NCBI GenBank assembly: GCA_947601485.1
Contig: CANQGF010000002.1
Location: 1-54,208 of the forward strand
Direction of reading: 5' to 3'
DNA: 54,208 nucleotides
Source: an uncultured Bacilli bacterium
GTDB taxonomy: Bacteria > Bacillota_I > Bacilli_A > RF39 > UBA660
Shown here in pieces: positions 30,825-37,417 of this stretch. The position numbers and the translations under genes are program-made. The stretch's first letter is position 1, and each line of letters starts with the position of its first letter. Under the pieces are notes generated by a model, which saw only the letters and a program-made list of their open reading frames with translations, had not been told where the DNA came from and did not search any database.

Positions 30825-32087
30825 CTACAAATTACTAATAATGTAATCGACAATTTCTCCTAAATCAACTTTAACTTCTTCTTTAGTATGATTATCTTTT
30901 ACATTAACTAAACCTTTTTTTAAATCTTCATTATTTAATATAACAAGTAATCTAGCATTTAAACGATCTGCTTCATTAAATTGGCCTTTTAAATTTTTAT
31001 TTAAAGAATTAGTTTCTGTAATTACACCATTGAGTCTTAAACTTTGAACAATATCTAAAGCATGTAATTTTTCTTCTTCAGAAACATACATTACATAACA
31101 ATCAATTTCTTTCTTTACATTTTTATATAAATCAATTTCTTTCATCATGGCAATTATGCGATCAATTCCACAGGCAAAGCCAATGCCATAAGAATCTTTT
31201 CCCCCTAATTCTTTAATTAATTTATTGTATCTACCGCCACCACCTAAAACGCTTTGTCTAGTTTCATCATTATCTAAAGATACTATTTCAAAAACGGTAT
31301 GATCATAATAATCAAGTCCTCTTACTATTTTAGGATTTACTTCATAATCAACTTCTAATAAGTCTAAATATTTTAAAACCGTTTCAAATCTTTTTTTAGC
31401 ATCACTTGTTAAATAATCTAAAGTTGTCGGAGCATTTTTTAAAATATCATTTGTAGCATCAACTTTACAATCTAAAATACGTAAAGGATTAGTTTTAAAT
31501 CTTTCTTTACAATCTTCACATAATTCATCTATATGAGGTTCTAAATATTTTACTAAAGCATTACGATAATTGCATCTTGATTCTTCATCACCTAAAGTAT
31601 TGATATTTACTTGTAAATTACTTATATGTAAAGACTCTAAAATTTTATATTGAAGACTAATTACTTCAGCATCAATGATGGGATCATTGCTACCTAAAAC
31701 TTCAACACCAAATTGGGTAAATTCACGTAATCTTCCAGCTTGTGGTCTTTCATAACGATACATAGTACCATTATAATAATATTTTTTAATATCAGGTTGA
31801 GCATATAATTTATTTTCTAAATAGCTTCTTACTACTCCCGCTGTTCCTTCCGGTCTTAAAGTTAAATTACGATCTCCTTTATCTTTAAAATCATATGTTT
31901 CTTTCTTAACTATATCAGAAGTTTCGCCAACACTACGGTGATATAATTCACTAGCTTCAAAAATTGGTGTTCTAATAAATTCATAGTTGTAATTACTCAT
32001 CATAGTACTTACAACTGAATTAACATATTCCCATAATAGAGCATCACTTCCCGTAATGTCGATGGTTCCTTTTGGTTTAGTTATCAT
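30825..32087 (-). CDS. hisS: histidine--tRNA ligase
   Basis: KGT.D, LRPEGTAGV.R, YRYERPQAGR.REF.Q.G.E, GGGRY..L, and a C-terminal anticodon-binding domain. Confidence 0.96.
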   Translation of the reverse strand: MITKPKGTIDITGSDALLWEYVNSVVSTMMSNYNYEFIRTPIFEASELYHRSVGETSDIVKKETYDFKDKGDRNLTLRPEGTAGVVRSYLENKLYAQPDIKKYYYNGTMYRYERPQAGRLREFTQFGVEVLGSNDPIIDAEVISLQYKILESLHISNLQVNINTLGDEESRCNYRNALVKYLEPHIDELCEDCKERFKTNPLRILDCKVDATNDILKNAPTTLDYLTSDAKKRFETVLKYLDLLEVDYEVNPKIVRGLDYYDHTVFEIVSLDNDETRQSVLGGGGRYNKLIKELGGKDSYGIGFACGIDRIIAMMKEIDLYKNVKKEIDCYVMYVSEEEKLHALDIVQSLRLNGVITETNSLNKNLKGQFNEADRLNARLLVILNNEDLKKGLVNVKDNHTKEEVKVDLGEIVDYIISNL

Positions 32088-32099
32088 TTTTAATCATCC

Positions 32100-32308
32100 T
32101 CTCTTTAAAAAATAAAAAGACCTAAACATATAAGGGTGAGAATATTCCCACGGTACCACCTTACTTTAGGTCTTAAATTTCATCACACTATGTGCGTTTC
32201 TATTTATCTAAAAGTGTCTTCTTTTATTATCCATTTTGACTTTTCCACCAACCGTCTTCTCTTTAAAATATTTATTAATAAAATACTCATCTTTCCATAG
32301 AAATTACT
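32100..32308 (-). promoter_or_regulatory. T-box riboswitch leader of the hisS-aspS-asnS-gatCAB cluster
   Basis: Features on the minus strand, in order:
- basal helix GAAAG/CTTTT
- GATGAGTA (GA/S-turn region)
- helix TTTTATTA/TAATAAAA
- AGAGA box and distal GGTGGAA
- specifier loop GAA-GAC-AC (plus-strand 32214-32218)
- T-box AAGGTGGTACCGTGGG (plus-strand 32147-32162)
- terminator AAGACCTAAA...TTTAGGTCTT plus T-run (32115-32174). Confidence 0.9.
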
Positions 32309-32314
32309 AAATTA

Positions 32315-32343
32315 ATTTTATTACTTTTTTTAATTATCGTCAA
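32315..32343 (-). promoter_or_regulatory. sigma-A promoter (TTGACG-17 nt-TAAAAT) of the T-box leader
   Basis: On the minus strand, TTGACG is at 32343-32338 and TAAAAT at 32320-32315, with an exact 17-nt spacer. Confidence 0.6.
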
Positions 32344-32355
32344 CCAAGAATTTGA

Positions 32356-32980
32356 TTATTTATGTAGAGTTTTCTTAAAACTGTCTAGTTGTTCTTCACT
32401 ATAGTAATCACTTAATAAATCTGCACAAACACCCTCTAAAGATTTAACCCATTCTTGTCCTATATAACATGCATATATTAAATCTTTTAAAGAAGTTTCT
32501 AATAAAATAATCTAATCCATATTGAGAATTTAATATTTTGATTGTGCCTAAATTAAATTCGTCAATAAATTTAATAATTTGGTCTTCAAAGTGACTATAA
32601 TCAGAATCATAAGGCAAAGAGAATTCTATAGTTTCATCATCATAATTAATATGTTTGTAAATACTTGTCTTATAAGTTAGATTAAAATTAGTAGATATTT
32701 TATATTCATTTGCATCTAAAGATTTAATATTCATTTGATTTTTTAATAAATTATTTTGAATAACAAATGGGATAAATTTATAAAAGAAAAAATATAAATT
32801 CTTTTTAAGACCAATAACACTTAATACTTCTTCAAAATTATCTCTATTAACAGAATTGTGACCATACTCACATAGTTCATCTCTTAACTGTTTTTGCCTA
32901 TTATATACAGCCTTTGTTCTTCTACTTATTTCATAATTTTCTTTTAAAACATCATATAAGTCTAAAGCCCCTTTATCCAC
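32356..32980 (-). pseudogene. hypothetical protein gene, apparently interrupted by a frameshift near its 3' end
   Basis: The track ORF 32444..32980 ends ...GLDYFIRNFFKRFNICMLYRTRMG*. A second frame is open from 32511 to a TAA at 32356-32358. It has no start codon and reads LETSLKDLIYACYIGQEWVKSLEGVCADLLSDYYSEEQLDSFKKTLHK, ending 12 nt before the hisS -35 box. The start codon (GTG 32980) is also uncertain. Confidence 0.45.
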
Positions 32981-33018
32981 CTTTCTTGCATTTTCCCTCT
33001 TTTCCGATACCTCTTTCT

Positions 33019-33756
33019 TTATTTTTTATATTTTTGTAATATACGCGATCCACAAGAAGCCTTTTCTAATGTAGACTCATAAGAGCCATTAACTAATCCT
33101 GATGCATGTAAGTCCCTAATATCACTTAGTTTAATGCTATTAAAATAGTCAATATTAAATAGTTTTAATTGATCAGTAATTTCTGCATCATTAATTTTTT
33201 CATATTTACCTTGTAATAATAATTGTAGTATTTGTAAACTTCTTGGTAGTTTAATAATGTTATGGACAAACAAATTGGTATCAGTTTGTGAATCATTTCT
33301 ATCTGATTCTGTTCTTAAAAGATAAAAATCTTGCATATTTTCTTCAACAATTCTCAATAATGGGATATTATCAAAATCACCATTAATGTATTGTTTAATT
33401 AGATTTATTTGATCTCTGCATATATCCAAGTTTTCAAGCCAGCCATTTTCTAAATATCTTTCACATTGTTCTTGTAATTCCGCAATGCTTTTTGTACCGA
33501 TTACTTCTCTTAGTATTGAAAATGTATTATATATCACCGGAGTCCATACATGGGTATTAAATTCAATATCATGTATAGATAATTCCTGTGAATTTACAAA
33601 TCGATTTCTAACTTTTTCGACATTAGTTATTAAATAATATAATAAATTATCTTTGCTTTTTTCAAGTACACTTCTTTTATATTCTTTTAATTCTTCTTTT
33701 TTAGCTTCAATAGTATATAAATCTATACTATCATTTTTTCTATCATATATATACAT
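33019..33756 (-). CDS. hypothetical protein, paralog A of a three-member tandem family
   Basis: 245 aa. The N-terminus MYIYDRKNDSIDLYTIEAKKEELKEYK and the C-terminal ~85 aa (IIKLPRSLQILQLLLQGKYEKIND.EITDQLKLFNIDY.NSIKLSDIRD...ILQKYKK) are nearly identical to the product of ORF 35533..36261. No family recognised. Confidence 0.7.
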   Translation of the reverse strand: MYIYDRKNDSIDLYTIEAKKEELKEYKRSVLEKSKDNLLYYLITNVEKVRNRFVNSQELSIHDIEFNTHVWTPVIYNTFSILREVIGTKSIAELQEQCERYLENGWLENLDICRDQINLIKQYINGDFDNIPLLRIVEENMQDFYLLRTESDRNDSQTDTNLFVHNIIKLPRSLQILQLLLQGKYEKINDAEITDQLKLFNIDYFNSIKLSDIRDLHASGLVNGSYESTLEKASCGSRILQKYKK

Positions 33757-33813
33757 GTTAATGCTCCTCGTATAATATTTTTTGTAATCAATTAATTTTG
33801 ATTACTTTGATAT

Positions 33814-33855
33814 AAATTTTATAATTTTTAGTTATAACTAAAAATTATAAAATTT
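33814..33855. repeat. perfect 42-bp palindrome
   Basis: AAATTTTATAATTTTTAGTTA|TAACTAAAAATTATAAAATTT has exact 21-bp arms with no spacer. It is preceded by a second 8-bp-stem hairpin, GTAATCAA-TTAATT-TTGATTAC (33784-33805). Confidence 0.9.
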
Positions 33856-33862
33856 TCGCTTT

Positions 33863-33891
33863 TTGACTGTTGGTAGTCTAATACTTATAAT
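33863..33891 (+). promoter_or_regulatory. near-consensus sigma-A promoter (TTGACT-17 nt-TATAAT) inside the IS110 left arm
   Basis: TTGACT at 33863-33868, exact 17-nt spacer, TATAAT at 33886-33891. It would drive a ~245-nt untranslated RNA ahead of the transposase ATG at 34143. Confidence 0.6.
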
Positions 33892-34142
33892 ATTTCTCTG
33901 AAATATTTTAGTTGAATGTAAAATTCTTTCGCTCCTTGCAACTTTGATTGCTTTTTTAAGACTGCTTCCTAACTTAAATCTATATTCTTCTAACTCAGAT
34001 GCTGCAACTCTTTAAGTAACATAGCATTTTACCTACTTAAAGATGATTGCTAATATGCGAGGTTGCTGTTATGGTTTAAGATTAGGCTACCACATTCATT
34101 TTAATATTTCACAAAATTCTTAATTAGAAAGGTGGTGATTTT

Positions 34143-35405
34143 ATGAATCAAACTTTATTTGTTGGTATTGATGTCTCTCTAAAATCTAATCAAGTTTGTG
34201 CAATAAATTTTAATCAAGACAAACTTCTTAATTTGTCTTTTGATAATACTCCATCTGGTTCAGATTCTTTAGTTAGTTCTATTTCTAACATTATGAACGA
34301 TCATCATTTCAATAAGGTTATCTTTGCTATGGAATGCACTGGTGTTTATTATATTCATATTGCTTCTTTTTTAAGCTCTAATCCTATTTTAAACACTCTT
34401 AATTCTGTTGTTTATACTGTTAATGCTAAAAGCATTGACAAATACAAAGATTCCTATATTGAAATAGAAAAAACTGATCCAGGTGATGCTTTTATCATTG
34501 CTGATTTTATTCGCGTAGGTCGTACTAATTCTTTATCTCCTTTTAAAGGTTCTCAGTTTCTTGCTTTGCAAAGATTAACTCGTCAAAGAAAACACCTTGC
34601 TGACCAAATTACTAAAGAAAAGTGTTATGTTTCTGCTAATATTTTTCTCAAATTCTCTGGTTTGGAAAATACTGATAATAAACCTTTTTCTAATAAATTT
34701 GGTAAATCTTCTTCTGCTATTTTAACTGAATTCCTTTCCATCGAAGATATCATTAATACTCCTATCGAAGATCTTGTCGATTTTATTTCTTCTAAGGGGA
34801 AAAATCGTTTTAAAAACCCAAAAAACAATGCTAATATTTTAGTTAAAGCTGCTAGAGATTCCTATAGACTTGATGCAGTTTCTTATGAAGCTGTTGGATC
34901 TGCTATTGCTTCTTCTTTAACCGTTATTGCTTGCCTTCAAAGTGAAATAAAAAGTATTGATAAGGCTATTTTGAAAGTTATCAAAGGTTTAGATTCTAAT
35001 GCTTATCATATCCTTTTATCCATTCCAGGCATTGGTCCAGTTTTTGCTGCTGGTATCTTGGCTGAGATTGTTGATGTTAATCTTTTTAAATCTCACAATC
35101 AACTTGCTAAATACGCTGGTTTCTATTGGCCTAGACATCAATCTGGTGAGTTTGAACATTCTGATAAACCTATGGCTAAATCTGCTAATATGTACCTTAA
35201 ATATTACATATCGGAAGCTACTTCTTTAATGATTTTTCATAACTCTGCTATGAAAAATTATTATCAAAACAAAGTTTCAGAAGTAAAAACTCATCAACAC
35301 AAACGTGCCCTCGCTCTTTCTTCTCGTAAATTAATTAGATTGATTTTTGGTTTGCTATGTAAAAATCAACTATACGTTCCAAGTGAATTTGATATTATGA
35401 ATTAG
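34143..35405 (+). CDS. IS110-family transposase/recombinase (DEDD RuvC-like N-domain plus Tnp C-domain)
   Basis: The N-terminus is LFVGIDVSLKSNQVCA (DEDD_Tnp_IS110 signature GIDV.K). The C-terminal Transposase_20 region is LLSIPGIGPVFAAGILAEI.D...F.....LAKYAG. RBS is AAAGGTGGTGA. Confidence 0.9.
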   Translation: MNQTLFVGIDVSLKSNQVCAINFNQDKLLNLSFDNTPSGSDSLVSSISNIMNDHHFNKVIFAMECTGVYYIHIASFLSSNPILNTLNSVVYTVNAKSIDKYKDSYIEIEKTDPGDAFIIADFIRVGRTNSLSPFKGSQFLALQRLTRQRKHLADQITKEKCYVSANIFLKFSGLENTDNKPFSNKFGKSSSAILTEFLSIEDIINTPIEDLVDFISSKGKNRFKNPKNNANILVKAARDSYRLDAVSYEAVGSAIASSLTVIACLQSEIKSIDKAILKVIKGLDSNAYHILLSIPGIGPVFAAGILAEIVDVNLFKSHNQLAKYAGFYWPRHQSGEFEHSDKPMAKSANMYLKYYISEATSLMIFHNSAMKNYYQNKVSEVKTHQHKRALALSSRKLIRLIFGLLCKNQLYVPSEFDIMN

Positions 35406-35532
35406 CCTTTTGCTAGCAAACACTTGTTCACGATGCTGAACAGGGCTTTTTGTCGTGTAATAATTTATTTGATATAGCAGTAAATTATTTAAATATCTGC
35501 TAATTTTTTTCTTGACATATTACCAGATGTCT

Positions 35533-36261
35533 TTATTTTTTATATTTTTGTAATATACGTGATCCACGAGACACTTTTTCTAATGTAGATTCATAAGATT
35601 CATTAGTTAATCCTGGTATGTGCGAATCTCTAATATCACTTAGTTTAATGCTATTATAATAATCAATATTAAATAGTTTTAGTTGATCAGTAATTTCCTC
35701 ATCATTTATTTTTTCATATTTACCTTGTAATAATAATTGCAGTACTTGTAAACTTCTCGGTAATTTAATAATGTTATCGACAAGCCAAAAGTCACCATAC
35801 ATAGTTGTTTTTGCTGCTTCTGTCCTTAAAAGATAAAAATCATGATTGTTTTCTTCAATAATTCTTATTAATGGAATATTATCAAAATCACCATTAATGT
35901 ACTGTTCAATTAAATTAATATGTTCTATGCATTCATCCTCTAGGTCTTCCCAACCAATTCCATGAAACCTTAAACATAATTCTCGTAAATATGCTATGTT
36001 TTTTGTACCACCACGGTTTCTTAAATTTGATTGAATTTTTCCAGGAATGGTCCACTGAGGACCATATACAATATCACTTATAGCTAATTCTTGTGAATTT
36101 ACAAATCGGTCTTTAGTTGTTTCTACACTAGTTATTAAATAATATAATAAATCTTCATCATTTGCTTCAATTATTTTTTGCTTATATTTTTTTAATTCTT
36201 CTTTTTTAGCTTCAATAGTATATCGATTTATACTATCATTTTTTCTATCATATATATACAT
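35533..36261 (-). CDS. hypothetical protein, paralog B of the tandem family
   Basis: 242 aa. Its ends are near-identical to paralog A at both protein and nucleotide level. The central ~110 aa are divergent. Confidence 0.7.
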   Translation of the reverse strand: MYIYDRKNDSINRYTIEAKKEELKKYKQKIIEANDEDLLYYLITSVETTKDRFVNSQELAISDIVYGPQWTIPGKIQSNLRNRGGTKNIAYLRELCLRFHGIGWEDLEDECIEHINLIEQYINGDFDNIPLIRIIEENNHDFYLLRTEAAKTTMYGDFWLVDNIIKLPRSLQVLQLLLQGKYEKINDEEITDQLKLFNIDYYNSIKLSDIRDSHIPGLTNESYESTLEKVSRGSRILQKYKK

Positions 36262-36273
36262 GTTAATTCTCCA

Positions 36274-36939
36274 CTATTTTCTTCTTTTTTGCAAAATGTG
36301 AGCATCTAATGCTGCCTTTTTCATAATATCTTCATAAGTATTTTGCATAAGACCTGCATCAATTAAATCTTTTAAGTCATTTTCAGTAAATGTTTTATAA
36401 TGATTTATATCGAATAAATCTAATTGTTCACTAATTGGTTCGTCTTGTAATTTATCAAATTTGCCTAAAAGTAGAAGATGCAATAGATATAGCTCTTTAG
36501 GCAATTCCATAACTTCTCTTAATATCCACGCATTATAATCGATTTGACTTACATCATTAGTTAAATAATAAAAGTTTTTTCCATTTGGAGTATTAGTAAT
36601 TTTAACAACCGGTCTTCTATCTTTAAAACCTTGAAGATACCTATCTATTAAATCATTTTCATTTATATATTGTTGAATTGTTTCATCATATTTACCATTA
36701 TAATTAAATAATTTAGTTAATAACGCTACTAAATTTTTATTATTGCCAATATTTGCATAATCAATTTCTGAAGAATTGGCAAATTGTTTAAGAACTTTTT
36801 CTTTTTTAGAAATAAGATAATAAAAATAATTTCTTTTTTTAAGATTTAATATTTCTTCACGATATCTTTTTAATTCTTCTTTTTTAGCCGTAATAGTATA
36901 TAAATCAATTCCACCATTGTTTTTATCAAGTATAATCAT
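36274..36939 (-). CDS. hypothetical protein, paralog C (more divergent) of the tandem family
   Basis: 221 aa. It shares the architecture D+.N..IDLYTI.AKKEELK.Y+ at the N-terminus and ELPKELYLLHLLLLGKFDKLQDEPISEQLDLFDINHY......DLKDL at the C-terminus. It lies 12 nt upstream of paralog B and 34 nt downstream of dtd. Confidence 0.7.
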   Translation of the reverse strand: MIILDKNNGGIDLYTITAKKEELKRYREEILNLKKRNYFYYLISKKEKVLKQFANSSEIDYANIGNNKNLVALLTKLFNYNGKYDETIQQYINENDLIDRYLQGFKDRRPVVKITNTPNGKNFYYLTNDVSQIDYNAWILREVMELPKELYLLHLLLLGKFDKLQDEPISEQLDLFDINHYKTFTENDLKDLIDAGLMQNTYEDIMKKAALDAHILQKRRK

Positions 36940-36973
36940 TTTTCAAAACTCCCTACAAGTGTTTATCTTAACA

Positions 36974-37417
36974 TTATTTATTTTTACTGTCAATGATAAT
37001 AGTTATGGGGCCATCATTTTCAATTTTAACGAGCATATCAGCCCCAAAAACACCGGTTACAGTTGGAACTATTTTATTTAATTCTTGATTAAAAGTATCA
37101 TATAAATTTATTGCTTCATCACCATTTAAAGCTTTAATATAGCTTGGACGATTACCCTTTTTTGTATCAGCATACAAAGTGAATTGACTAATTGATAAAA
37201 TACTTCCACCAGCGTCTAAAATACTTTTATTCATAACACCATTTTCATCATCAAAAATTCTTAAATTAACAATTTTTTTAACTATGTAATTTATATCTTC
37301 TATCGTATCATCTAAAGTAAAACATGAAAATATAACTAAACCATTATTAATTTGATTATATATTTGATTATTAATCGAAACACTACTACATTTACTTCTT
37401 TGAATAACTACTTTCAT
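36974..37417 (-). CDS. dtd: D-aminoacyl-tRNA deacylase
   Basis: MKVVIQR......V, SQFTLYADT+KG.RPS, GADM.V...NDGP.T. Abuts the relA stop. Confidence 0.93.
   Translation of the reverse strand: MKVVIQRSKCSSVSINNQIYNQINNGLVIFSCFTLDDTIEDINYIVKKIVNLRIFDDENGVMNKSILDAGGSILSISQFTLYADTKKGNRPSYIKALNGDEAINLYDTFNQELNKIVPTVTGVFGADMLVKIENDGPITIIIDSKNK

Larger units (their letters stand above)
33768..35531 (+). mobile_element. IS110-family insertion sequence (approximate ends)
   Basis: The paralog A/B nucleotide homology stops at ~33767 on one side and resumes at ~35530 on the other. It encloses a DEDD/IS110 transposase gene with a ~375-nt 5' arm and a ~125-nt 3' arm and no terminal inverted repeats, as expected for IS110. 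The dinucleotide TC is present at both inferred junctions (33768-69, 35530-31). Confidence 0.6.

Noticed and set aside
32188-32200. GAAACG-CAC-A, first taken as the His specifier of the T-box
   Set aside because: Folding Stem I puts GAA-GAC-A(C) at 32214-32220 in the specifier loop, flanked by the TTTTATTA/TAATAAAA helix and the GAAAG/CTTTT basal helix. The downstream CAC falls in the Stem II region.
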